From Kordiimonas sp. (GTDB lineage: Bacteria > Pseudomonadota > Alphaproteobacteria > Sphingomonadales > Kordiimonadaceae), in assembly GCF_048264555.1 (NCBI RefSeq), contig NZ_JBLXCX010000008.1, positions 16,414-80,413 of the forward strand: a stretch of DNA of 64,000 nt. The letters run 5' to 3'. Shown here one piece after another: positions 38,521-47,773 of this stretch. The position numbers and the translations under genes are program-made. Below the pieces are notes generated by a model that searched no databases, had not been told where the DNA came from, and worked only from the letters and a program-made list of their open reading frames with translations. Within the stretch, counting starts at the first letter, position 1. Every line of letters starts with the position of its first letter.

Positions 38521-40077
38521 ATGAAAATTCGTGCACAAATCGGCATGGTGCTCAATCTCGATAAATGCATCGGTTGTCACACATGCTCTGTTACTTGCAA
38601 GAACGTTTGGACCAGCCGTGAGGGTGTTGAATACGCATGGTTCAACAATGTGGAGACCAAACCAGGTGTTGGTTACCCGCGCGACTGGGAAAACCAAGAC
38701 CAGTGGAACGGTGGCTGGGAACGCAAGTCAGGTGGTAAAATCCAGCCAAAAATGGGCGGTAAGATCCGCCTGCTGGCAAAAATTTTCGCCAACCCGGATT
38801 TGCCGGAGATAGATGACTATTACGAGCCCTTCACCTTCGATTATGACCACCTGCAAAACAGCCCCGAGGTGAAGACGCCACCAACGGCGCGGGCACACTC
38901 GGTCATTACCGGCCAAAAAATGGAAAAGCCGGAATGGGGGCCGAACTGGGAAGAAATCCTTGGTGGCGAGTTCGAGAAACGCAGCAAGGACTATAACTTC
39001 AAGGAGGTCGAGAAGGACATATACGGCCAGTTCGAAAACACCTTCATGATGTATCTGCCGAGGCTCTGTGAACACTGCCTTAACCCAACCTGTGTGGCGG
39101 CTTGCCCATCAGGTGCCATTTACAAGCGGGAGGAGGACGGCATTGTGCTCATCGACCAGGACAAATGTCGTGGCTGGCGCATGTGCGTCTCGGGCTGTCC
39201 GTACAAGAAAATCTATTTCAACTGGCAGTCCGGCAAGTCGGAGAAATGCACCTTCTGTTTCCCGCGCATTGAGAATGGCGAGCCGACCGTATGCTCGGAA
39301 ACCTGCGTGGGCCGCATCCGTTATCTCGGTGTGTTACTTTATGATGCTGAGCGCATCCAGGAAGCTGCCGCAACCGAGGACCCGGAAGATCTATACAAGG
39401 CCCAGTGCGACATCTTCCTCGACCCGCACGATCCAAAAGTGATTGAGCAGGCCCGCAAAGATGGTGTGCCGGATAGTTGGCTCGACGCTGCTAAACGTTC
39501 GCCTGTTTACAAGATGGCGATCGACTGGAAGGTAGCCTTCCCGTTGCATCCGGAATATCGCACTTTGCCTATGGTCTGGTATATCCCGCCATTATCGCCG
39601 ATTCAGAGCGCCTATGCAGAAGGCAAGGTTGCCGGTGACGACATCATGCCAGATGTGAAAAGCCTGCGCATACCTGTCAAGTATCTCGCTAATATGCTGA
39701 CTGGAGGTCGGGAAGAGCCAGTGGTGCATGCGCTTGAGCGCATGCTGGCCATGCGGAGCTTCATGCGGGGCAAAACCATCGCAGGGTCTGGAGATAAAGC
39801 GGTCCTGGACCGTGTTGGTCTTGATGAACGCATGGTGGCGGACATGTACAAGATCATGGCTCTTGCCGACTATGACGACCGCTTCGTCATTCCTACTAAT
39901 CACCGTGAATATGCGGGCAAAACCCCGTTCGACAACGATATTGCGTTCGAGAGCCGGTCTGCCTGTGGCTTCAGCTTTGGCAACGGTTGTTCTAGCGGTT
40001 CGGCGCGTTCAGGCGGCCTGTTTGGCGGCCCGACCCACAAAAACACTATGAGCGGCAATGTTGGGAGGCAAAAATGA
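38521..40077 (+). CDS. narH: Respiratory nitrate reductase beta subunit
   Basis: LNLDKCIGCHTCSVTCKNVW, CEHCLNPTCVAACP and CRGWRMCVSGCPYKK motifs. Confidence 0.98.
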   Translation: MKIRAQIGMVLNLDKCIGCHTCSVTCKNVWTSREGVEYAWFNNVETKPGVGYPRDWENQDQWNGGWERKSGGKIQPKMGGKIRLLAKIFANPDLPEIDDYYEPFTFDYDHLQNSPEVKTPPTARAHSVITGQKMEKPEWGPNWEEILGGEFEKRSKDYNFKEVEKDIYGQFENTFMMYLPRLCEHCLNPTCVAACPSGAIYKREEDGIVLIDQDKCRGWRMCVSGCPYKKIYFNWQSGKSEKCTFCFPRIENGEPTVCSETCVGRIRYLGVLLYDAERIQEAAATEDPEDLYKAQCDIFLDPHDPKVIEQARKDGVPDSWLDAAKRSPVYKMAIDWKVAFPLHPEYRTLPMVWYIPPLSPIQSAYAEGKVAGDDIMPDVKSLRIPVKYLANMLTGGREEPVVHALERMLAMRSFMRGKTIAGSGDKAVLDRVGLDERMVADMYKIMALADYDDRFVIPTNHREYAGKTPFDNDIAFESRSACGFSFGNGCSSGSARSGGLFGGPTHKNTMSGNVGRQK

Positions 40078-40751
40078 ATACGATCAAACTTCTAGGGATG
40101 CTTCTTTCCTACCCGAGTGTGGAGTTGCAACAGCACGCGGGTGAGATCAGGGAAGCCATTGCAGGTGACGGACTTTTGCCCGCCAAGCTGCACAAGCCGC
40201 TATTCGCCTTAATCGACGATCTGGGTCGACGCAATCTGCTGCGCCTGCAGGAGGAATATGTCGCAACTTTTGACCGCTCACGTGTGCATTCACTTTACCT
40301 GTTTGAGCATGTGCACGGTGAAAGCCGGGACCGTGGTCAGGCCATGGTTGATCTCATGGGGCTGTATAAAACTGCCGGAATCAAGCTCGCGCAACGTGAA
40401 CTGCCAGATTATCTACCAGTGTTTCTTGAATTCCTGTCTCTCCGTCCATTTGATGAGGCGCAGGATTATCTTGGCGAGGTTGCCCACATACTTGAGGCGA
40501 TTGGGGCAAAACTGAAACTGCGTAAGAACCCGTACCAGCATGTGTTCAGGGCACTTGTGGCCCTGACGAATGTCAAAATCGACCCAAAATTTGTTGAACA
40601 GGCAGTTGAGGATGCCCGCCGTGAGGATACGAGCCTCGCTGCGCTTGACAAAGAGTGGGAAGAAACACCGGCCTTCGACGGCATTGGTGCGGATTGCTCG
40701 GTATGCCCGCAAGGCACACCGGCCAAACCCCGCCAAACCGCAACGCATTAG
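40074..40751 (+). CDS. narJ: Nitrate reductase maturation chaperone
   Basis: SLYLFEHVHGESRDRGQAMVDL and ELPDYLPVFLEFL motifs. Confidence 0.95.
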   Translation: MNTIKLLGMLLSYPSVELQQHAGEIREAIAGDGLLPAKLHKPLFALIDDLGRRNLLRLQEEYVATFDRSRVHSLYLFEHVHGESRDRGQAMVDLMGLYKTAGIKLAQRELPDYLPVFLEFLSLRPFDEAQDYLGEVAHILEAIGAKLKLRKNPYQHVFRALVALTNVKIDPKFVEQAVEDARREDTSLAALDKEWEETPAFDGIGADCSVCPQGTPAKPRQTATH

Positions 40752-40765
40752 AATAGGAGCGGGAT

Positions 40766-41449
40766 ATGAGCAATTATCTCAACGATTTTTTCTTCGGAAT
40801 CTATCCCTACCTCGCCATCGTTATTATGGTAATGGGGTCGATCCTCAGGTACGATCAAGACCCCTATAGCTGGAAAGCGGGCTCAAGCCAATTGTTGCGC
40901 TCGCGAGGCATGCGCGCTGGTAGCAACCTTTTCCATGTTGGCATCATTTTACTCTTCTTCGGTCATTTTGTTGGCCTTCTGACGCCGGAGCCGGTGTACC
41001 ACGCCGTCATGACAGCGGCCACCAAACAGACGCTTGCCATGGTGGCGGGTGGTATTTTTGGTACGCTCTGCTTCGTTGGCATGACCATACTGATCATCCG
41101 CCGACTGACGGACCCGCGCATCCGCGCCACCAGCCGTCCGGCGGATATCATGATTCTTCTCGTGCTGTATGTTCAGCTGATACTCGGCCTCGCGACCATT
41201 CCTTTCTCTGCCCAGCATGCCGACGGCAGTTCGATGATCGCACTTGCTAACTGGGCGCAGCATATTGCCACCTTCCGCACGGGCGCTGCCGACTTTGTGC
41301 TGCATGAACCATTGGTGTTCAAACTGCATATCGTGTTGGGGCTTACCATCTTTGTATTGTTTCCATTCACGCGGCTGGTGCACGTCTTGTCGGCTCCGAT
41401 CAAGTATCTGTTTCGGTCCGGCTACCAGATCGTACGCAGGAGGAGTTGA
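40766..41449 (+). CDS. narI: Respiratory nitrate reductase gamma subunit (cytochrome b)
   Basis: YPYLA...RYD.DPYSWKAGSSQ, FHVGI...GH and FPFTRLVHVLS motifs. Confidence 0.97.
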   Translation: MSNYLNDFFFGIYPYLAIVIMVMGSILRYDQDPYSWKAGSSQLLRSRGMRAGSNLFHVGIILLFFGHFVGLLTPEPVYHAVMTAATKQTLAMVAGGIFGTLCFVGMTILIIRRLTDPRIRATSRPADIMILLVLYVQLILGLATIPFSAQHADGSSMIALANWAQHIATFRTGAADFVLHEPLVFKLHIVLGLTIFVLFPFTRLVHVLSAPIKYLFRSGYQIVRRRS

Positions 41450-41451
41450 TC

Positions 41452-41904
41452 ATGCCAATCTATGTGAACAAAACGGAAATCAGCGACGATGCTGTATTTA
41501 AAGAAATGCAGTATCACCCGTCAGCCACCCGGGAAGCCGCTCGCGATGAAGCAGCCAAGGCACTATTGGTGAGGGAGCTGTTGCGTCAGGAAGCGGTCGA
41601 AAAAGGCTTGCTGAAGGATAATGCTGAGGCGGATCTGGTCGATGAGGCAGCGCTGGAGCTTATCGAGCAAGAGGTCTCAAGCCCAGAGGCGGACGAGGCT
41701 GCCTGCCGCCGCTATTATGACCACAATATAGAACGCTTCCGCGCGGCTGAAGGGGCAATGTTACCGCTGCCGTTCGAGCAGGTTGAGGGGCGTATCCGCG
41801 AATATCTGCATACAAGGAGTATCCGTCATGGAATTCAGTCTTACATTCTGGACCTCGCTCGAAAAGCAAAGATTGCGGGATTTGATCTTGCAGCTTCGCT
41901 ATAG
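41452..41904 (+). CDS. nar-associated PpiC/NifM-like protein lacking the rotamase domain
   Basis: N-terminal (EMQYHP...RELLRQEA...EAACRRYY..N.ERF) and C-terminal (LPFEQV...YILDL) flanks of nar-linked PPIases joined directly. Confidence 0.65.
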   Translation: MPIYVNKTEISDDAVFKEMQYHPSATREAARDEAAKALLVRELLRQEAVEKGLLKDNAEADLVDEAALELIEQEVSSPEADEAACRRYYDHNIERFRAAEGAMLPLPFEQVEGRIREYLHTRSIRHGIQSYILDLARKAKIAGFDLAASL

Positions 41905-41934
41905 GCTGGTGCGATACGGCTTAGGGTCAGCAAG

Positions 41935-42588
41935 ATGGACGCATATGAAAAACTGATCGACGGCTACCGCTCTTTTCGCGGCCAGTATCTCGACAAGCAG
42001 TATGAAGCTTATCGGGAATGGGCGGCTCAGGGCCAAAGCCCAAAAAGCTTGATCATTGGTTGCAGTGATAGCCGGGTGAACCCTGTTATCCTGACTCATG
42101 CTGGGCTAGGCGAGATTTTCGTCGTCAACAATGTTGCCAACATCGTACCACCCTATGAAAAAGGACGCTCGCACCATAAATCCTTGGGCGCCGCCATCCA
42201 GTTCGCCGTCAATCACCTTCGGGTAGAGCATATTATCGTTATGGGCCATAGCGGCTGTGGAGGTATCGCAGCGCTGATGGCTGACGATCCGATGGCACGT
42301 CATGATGCTGGCGAGGATGATTATATTGCCGACTGGGTTTCGATTCTCACGCCGGCGAAGGAGGCCGTGGTGGAGAACTGCGGCGGCTGCAAGGGCGAGG
42401 AGTGCTTTCGGCTTGCCGAAATGGAAGGCGTTCTTGTCTCGATCCGGCACTTAGCTGGGTATCCATGGGTGCGCAGTGCGGTGAGGGCCGGGCGTCTGAC
42501 CTTGCATGCTTGGTATTTCCATATCGATAGCGGAGAATTGCTTTCTTATAGACCTGAGGAGGGGCGTTTTAGTCGGCTTGTTTCCTGA
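41935..42588 (+). CDS. Beta-class carbonic anhydrase
   Basis: IGCSDSRV and VMGHSGCGG zinc ligands. Confidence 0.93.
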   Translation: MDAYEKLIDGYRSFRGQYLDKQYEAYREWAAQGQSPKSLIIGCSDSRVNPVILTHAGLGEIFVVNNVANIVPPYEKGRSHHKSLGAAIQFAVNHLRVEHIIVMGHSGCGGIAALMADDPMARHDAGEDDYIADWVSILTPAKEAVVENCGGCKGEECFRLAEMEGVLVSIRHLAGYPWVRSAVRAGRLTLHAWYFHIDSGELLSYRPEEGRFSRLVS

Positions 42589-42631
42589 GAAAGGTGGAAA
42601 AATACATGTATTCTTCATATTTTTCATCGAC

Positions 42632-42645
42632 TTGACTTGGATCAG
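42632..42645 (+). promoter_or_regulatory. Degenerate FNR-type box
   Basis: TTGAC-TTGG-ATCAG, ~60 bp before the porin start. Confidence 0.45.
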
Positions 42646-42705
42646 TCCAGGGCTTGGGAGAAGGCCCTAAAACGAGGAAGTTCGGTGGTTTAAAGGAGAC
42701 AAGCC

Positions 42706-43929
42706 ATGAAAAAGACCTCCCTGTTAATGGCTGCGTTGGCCAGTTCCGCGCTGAATAGCAGCCTCCCCCTCCACGCTGAAGAACTTGAGGACCTTTTCAC
42801 CAAAGGCGACGCGGGACTGGAGTTCCGTTACCGCCTTGAGCTGGTGGATCAGGATGGCCTCGCGAAAAACGCGACGGCATCCACGCTCCTGACCAAAATC
42901 TGGTACTCGACTGCCAATGTGCATGGCTTCAGCGGTTACCTTGAAGCCACCAATGTCACCTCGGTCGGCAAGCAGCACTATAACAGCGCGGTCAATGGCA
43001 ACACCGCCTATCCCGTGGTGGCCGACCCTGAAGTGACCGAGCTCAACCAGGCATACGCGCAGTATAAAAACGACTTCGCGACGGTGAAAGTGGGCCGACA
43101 GGGTATGAACCTTGATGACCAGCGTTTCATTGGCACCGTTGGCTGGCGGCAGAATGACCAGACTTATGACGCAGCAACTGCGATCTTGACACCGGCCAAG
43201 GACCTCACGGCCATATACGGCTATGTTTGGAACGTGAACCGCATTTTCGGCAAGGGTCACCCCCTTGGTGACCTTGGTACCAATACGCATCTTTTTAATG
43301 TTACCTATTCCGGTTTTAGTTTCGGCAAACTGACGGCCTATTCCTACCTACTGAAGTTCAATGACATACCGGCGCTCGGGCTTTCAAGCGCTACCCATGG
43401 CGTGCGGTTTACCGGTCAGACGGACGTAGGTGGGGGCGTGAAGGTGGGGTACCAGGCCGAATATGCGCGTCAGACCGACCACAAGGACAACCCGGACGAT
43501 TTCGCCGCCGACCTTTGGCATCTGGGTGCTGATGTTTCTATCTCCGGCGTGAAGTTTGGCCTTGATTATGAGGTTCTGGGATCGGATAGCGGCGTTGCAT
43601 TCCAAACCCCACTTGCCACACTCCACAAGTTCAACGGCTGGGCAGATAAATTCCTCAGCACACCGCGGCAGGGCTTGCAGGATATCTATGCCTCGCTTGC
43701 CTATACCGTGCCGGGCGACGGTGCGCTCTCGGACCTCAAGCTACTGGCCGTCTACCATGACTTTCGGTCAGATGTTGGGCACGTGTCCTACGGCAACGAA
43801 TGGAATTTTCAGGCCAGCAAGAAGTTGAACAAATACCTGAATCTGGTGGTTAAGGCCGCGCATTATAACGCCGACGCCTTTGCCACCGATACGACCAAGT
43901 TCTGGATCATGCTGGGCGCAAAATTCTAG
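42706..43929 (+). CDS. Alginate-export-family outer-membrane beta-barrel (porin)
   Basis: Signal peptide, RYRLELVDQ, GRQ..NLDDQRFIG.VGWRQNDQTYD, TPLATLHKFNGWADKF and terminal Phe. Confidence 0.85.
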   Translation: MKKTSLLMAALASSALNSSLPLHAEELEDLFTKGDAGLEFRYRLELVDQDGLAKNATASTLLTKIWYSTANVHGFSGYLEATNVTSVGKQHYNSAVNGNTAYPVVADPEVTELNQAYAQYKNDFATVKVGRQGMNLDDQRFIGTVGWRQNDQTYDAATAILTPAKDLTAIYGYVWNVNRIFGKGHPLGDLGTNTHLFNVTYSGFSFGKLTAYSYLLKFNDIPALGLSSATHGVRFTGQTDVGGGVKVGYQAEYARQTDHKDNPDDFAADLWHLGADVSISGVKFGLDYEVLGSDSGVAFQTPLATLHKFNGWADKFLSTPRQGLQDIYASLAYTVPGDGALSDLKLLAVYHDFRSDVGHVSYGNEWNFQASKKLNKYLNLVVKAAHYNADAFATDTTKFWIMLGAKF

Positions 43930-44044
43930 CACAAGAGTTCCCTCAGGGGTCCGGGTGCGACCATGTTGCATCTGGGCTCCACCCTAGGGATTGTGATAGA
44001 ACTTTATGAGTGTTTTTGAATGGCAGGGGATACGGTAGAAAGGC

Positions 44045-45232
44045 TTGAAAGTGGCAAGACAACAGTATCATGGTCCAGCGTTCCTGAGCCACGGCTTCAG
44101 GCTATTTTTCCTGATGGCAGGTCTAACCGGTTTCCTCTTGGTACCCGGCTGGCTCTATCTGTTTTTCCACGGCGGGACGTTGCCGTCCGGCATGGTTTCG
44201 CTCGATTGGCATATCCATGAGATGATTTTCGGTTATCTGGCCGCAGTCATCGCAGGTTTTCTGCTGACAGCCATTCCCAACTGGACCGGGCGGCTGCCGA
44301 TCTCGGGTGCTCCGCTTGCATGCCTTGTGTTGCTCTGGTTTTTCGGTCGCGTACTCATGCTCGCCCCGGTGCCTGATCTCGTGCGTGCCGGTGGTGATAG
44401 CCTGTTTCTCATTATCATGACTTTTGTCGCTGCGCGGGAAGTGAAGGCGGGCAAGAACTGGCGTAATGCGCCTGTTTGCCTGCTTGTAGGCTTGTTTGCA
44501 CTTGGGAACATTACCTTCCATGTTGAGCGTCTTGGCATGCTTGACAGTGACGTGGCGGTGCGGGCTGCGCTCTCGGTTATCTCCGTCCTGATCGCGCTTA
44601 TAGGTGGGCGTATCGTGCCCAGTTTCACCACAAACTGGCTGATAAAGTCAGGAGCGGCAGCACGACCGGTCCCATTCAACAGTTTCGACAAGGCGGTGCT
44701 GGCGCTGACCGTGCTCGCGCTCGCCTTTTGGAGCATGGCGCCTGAAGGCACGCCCACAGGTGTGATGCTTATCCTCGCAGGTGCCTTGCAGTTTGTGCGC
44801 CTGGCACGCTGGCAAGGTTGGGTGCCTTGGCGCAACGCGCTCGTGCTTGTATTGCATGTGGCGTATCTGTGGCTACCTGTCGGGCTGGTGCTCCTGGGGT
44901 TTGCCGCAGCCTTACCAGAGGTCGTGCCGATGCCCTCTGCCGGTATCCATGCGTTGACAGCGGGGCTGATGGGCATGATGACCGTAGCGGTCATGAGTCG
45001 AGCCACTCTTGGGCATACCGGACGCGAGCTTGCCGCTGGTGCGGTCGGCTGCTGGCTGTATGTGATCTTGTTTACAGCCGCGTTGCTGCGTGTCGTGGCG
45101 TCCCTGATACCAGAATTTTATGCCAGTGGTGTCATGATGTCGGGTGTGCTGTGGTCGCTCGCCTTCCTCATTTTCGTGGTACATTATGGTGCTATGATGC
45201 TGACCCCGCGGTTGGTGATAAAAGGGACATGA
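44045..45232 (+). CDS. nnrS: NnrS family membrane protein
   Basis: GFRLFFL, WHIHEMIFGY..AVIAGFLLTAIPNWTG, GGRIVPSFT and RATLGHTGR motifs. Confidence 0.93.
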   Translation: MKVARQQYHGPAFLSHGFRLFFLMAGLTGFLLVPGWLYLFFHGGTLPSGMVSLDWHIHEMIFGYLAAVIAGFLLTAIPNWTGRLPISGAPLACLVLLWFFGRVLMLAPVPDLVRAGGDSLFLIIMTFVAAREVKAGKNWRNAPVCLLVGLFALGNITFHVERLGMLDSDVAVRAALSVISVLIALIGGRIVPSFTTNWLIKSGAAARPVPFNSFDKAVLALTVLALAFWSMAPEGTPTGVMLILAGALQFVRLARWQGWVPWRNALVLVLHVAYLWLPVGLVLLGFAAALPEVVPMPSAGIHALTAGLMGMMTVAVMSRATLGHTGRELAAGAVGCWLYVILFTAALLRVVASLIPEFYASGVMMSGVLWSLAFLIFVVHYGAMMLTPRLVIKGT

Positions 45233-45245
45233 AAATCACCATCAG

Positions 45246-45259
45246 TTGATCCAGATCAA
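45246..45259 (+). promoter_or_regulatory. FNR-type box
   Basis: Perfect TTGAT-CCAG-ATCAA, ~65 bp before ATG 45325. Confidence 0.85.
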
Positions 45260-45324
45260 TCCTGCTTTTCCTTTGCCTCCTATGGTTTGCGACAATCATT
45301 CAGATACGCAGACGAGGGAGAAGG

Positions 45325-46344
45325 ATGGAGGCTGTACCACAAGGAAGCAGCGTTGCAGTTACTGGCGCCGGGGGCTTTATCGGCAAACACGTGCTGCAGG
45401 CGCTTCTAGAGCGAGGCTACCGGCCGGTTGCCATCCTGCGTCCATCTGCAAGGCTGACACCAGAGCTTGACCGGGTCGTCGTGCGTCATGCCGACGTGAC
45501 CAACCTGCGCGCGCTTGCTGAAGCGACTGAGGGCGCAGATGCTATTATTCATCTTGCGGGCCTTGTGTCCACGAGTGCCCGGGATAGGGGCGACCTTATT
45601 CGCGTGAATGTGGCGGGAGCGAAGAACGCGCTCCAAGTTACCCGGCGGGGCGGTGTGAAACGACTTGTTTTCATGTCTACTACCTCGGCGGTTGGGGCAC
45701 TTCAGGAGAACACGCCCGAACTTGCGCTTAATGAAAATTCGCCCTTCAATATCCATGAGACGGGGGTGGATTATATCACCGCAAAACGGGTGGCGCACAA
45801 GTTAGCACTCAGCGACCGGGCTGCTGGGTTGCCGGTCACGGTCTTGAGCCCGTCCTTTGTGGTTGGCCCTGGCGATAGTTTGCGCAACAGCACACAGCTA
45901 ATCGACCTTGTGGCGCGAGGACAACTGCCTGTTGTGCCCCATGGTGGCATCAACCCGATTGATGTGCGAGATGTGGCGAATGCGGTGGTTGCTACGCTCG
46001 GGCATCATGATCCGGCAGAGCATTATATCCTCGCAGGAAGGCAAAATATCAACCTTTCCAAGTTTGTGGAGCAAGTGGCCAGCGTGACAGGTGCCAGCGC
46101 CCCGCGCTGGCGTTTACCCTTTGCACTGACACTTGCTGCCGCTCGTGCTGCAGAAACCATCTTTCCTCACACTGGCGTGACGGCGTCGGCCGTTCGTCTC
46201 TCACGCTATTACTGGTATTTCGACAACTGCCGGGCTTGTCGTGATCTGGGACTAGCGCCCCGACCGTTTGGTCAAAGCATAGTCGACACGCTGAATTGGC
46301 TGGTTTCTGGCCGTCATGCCGGTTCATCTAGCCGCGCCGCGTAG
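45325..46344 (+). CDS. Extended SDR / NAD-dependent epimerase-dehydratase (HpnA/DFR-like)
   Basis: VTGAGGFIG, IHLAG, STTSAVG, YxxxK (YITAK), VVGPGD and DVRDVA motifs. Confidence 0.88.
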   Translation: MEAVPQGSSVAVTGAGGFIGKHVLQALLERGYRPVAILRPSARLTPELDRVVVRHADVTNLRALAEATEGADAIIHLAGLVSTSARDRGDLIRVNVAGAKNALQVTRRGGVKRLVFMSTTSAVGALQENTPELALNENSPFNIHETGVDYITAKRVAHKLALSDRAAGLPVTVLSPSFVVGPGDSLRNSTQLIDLVARGQLPVVPHGGINPIDVRDVANAVVATLGHHDPAEHYILAGRQNINLSKFVEQVASVTGASAPRWRLPFALTLAAARAAETIFPHTGVTASAVRLSRYYWYFDNCRACRDLGLAPRPFGQSIVDTLNWLVSGRHAGSSSRAA

Positions 46345-46351
46345 GAGAGAG

Positions 46352-47773
46352 ATGATGAAGATATTGCTCGTAAATCCGCCATGCGGCACTCGCACCATAG
46401 GGCTTAAGAATATTGCCAAAATCGAACCGCTGAACCTTGAGTTGCTCGGCGCTGTGGTCGGCACGCGGTACGAGGTGCGTCTTGTGGACATGGAGGTCGC
46501 GCCGAGTGATCTTATGCCCACCTTGCGGGAGTTTATCCCTGACGTTGTCGGCGTCACCTCGGAGGTGGTGCACGTAGACAGCGCTAAGCGGGTGTTGGCG
46601 CTTTGCCGTCTCGCGGCGCCACACTGTGTCACGGTAGTGGGTGGGCATCACCCCACCGTCTGGCCGCAGGATTTCCTTGATCCTGTTATTGACCTCGTGG
46701 TGCGTGGCGAGGGCACGGAAAGCTTTGCTGAGATATGTGATACGGTTGCAGAAGGTGGGCGCGATTTCAGGCATATTGCCGGTCTGATGATCCGTCAGGG
46801 TGAACAACTTGTGCCCACGCGCCCGCGTGGGCTGCCCCGCACGCTTGACCATCAGCCGATGCCGGACCGTAAGCTTACGAGCCGCTACAGGAATAAATAT
46901 TATTACCTGTGGGAGCGCCGGGTGGCTGCCGTACGCAGTTCGGTGGGCTGCAGTTTCCCCTGTGTCTTCTGTTCGTGCCGGGTCTATTCCCACGGTGGTT
47001 TTATCCCGCGTTCGCCCGAACTACTGCTTGAAGAGATATTCGGGCTTGAAGAAGAATTTATCTATCTCTGCGACGATCATGCCTTCCATGACCCGGCGCG
47101 GATGTGGGAGCTTGGCGAAAAGCTGTTGAAGAGCGGCGTGAACAAACGCTATTTCACCTATGCGCGGGTCGACTCTATCGTCGAGAATCGTGATTTGTTT
47201 GAACTGTGGGCGAAGGTGGGCCTGCAACTTGTAATGTCAGGCCTTGAATCCCTTGACTATGAGGCGTTGAAGCGCACCGGTAAAAGGGTCGAAAAGGGAC
47301 GGGATGAGGAAGCGCTTGCCATCCTTGCCGATCTTGGTATCGGCATGAGCGCAGGGTTCCTTGTTGAACCGCATTTCGAAGCCGCCGATTTCCAGGCCAT
47401 TGATGACTATGTGCGCGACCACCCAGCCATAATACTGACCGAGTTCACGCCGCTGACGCCGCTCCCAGGCACTCCGCTATACCGCAAGGTGCAAAAGGAC
47501 ATCGTCTCGCCCGACAGGCAGCTCTATGACCTGCAACATTTCCTACTACCGACTGAAACGCCCCAAAAAAGACTCTATGCGCTTATGCGTAAAGCCTATT
47601 CAAGGGTAATTCGTCGCGCAGTTATGCGCATGGGACTGTGGAGGCCGAAAAACTGGTCGTGGCATTACATCCGCATGTTCCGGGGCCTGATACGCAACTA
47701 CAAGGCGCTTGGAGAGGCGCATACCCATTGCCCGGCACCTGAGATCACGTCTGAACACAGGGATGCCGCATGA
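46352..47773 (+). CDS. Cobalamin-binding radical SAM protein (class B, HpnR-like)
   Basis: N-terminal B12 domain (EPLNLELL, VVGGHHPT, VVRGEGT), CxxxCxxC (CSFPCVFC), TPLPGTPLY and YDLQHFLLPT. Confidence 0.88.
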   Translation: MMKILLVNPPCGTRTIGLKNIAKIEPLNLELLGAVVGTRYEVRLVDMEVAPSDLMPTLREFIPDVVGVTSEVVHVDSAKRVLALCRLAAPHCVTVVGGHHPTVWPQDFLDPVIDLVVRGEGTESFAEICDTVAEGGRDFRHIAGLMIRQGEQLVPTRPRGLPRTLDHQPMPDRKLTSRYRNKYYYLWERRVAAVRSSVGCSFPCVFCSCRVYSHGGFIPRSPELLLEEIFGLEEEFIYLCDDHAFHDPARMWELGEKLLKSGVNKRYFTYARVDSIVENRDLFELWAKVGLQLVMSGLESLDYEALKRTGKRVEKGRDEEALAILADLGIGMSAGFLVEPHFEAADFQAIDDYVRDHPAIILTEFTPLTPLPGTPLYRKVQKDIVSPDRQLYDLQHFLLPTETPQKRLYALMRKAYSRVIRRAVMRMGLWRPKNWSWHYIRMFRGLIRNYKALGEAHTHCPAPEITSEHRDAA

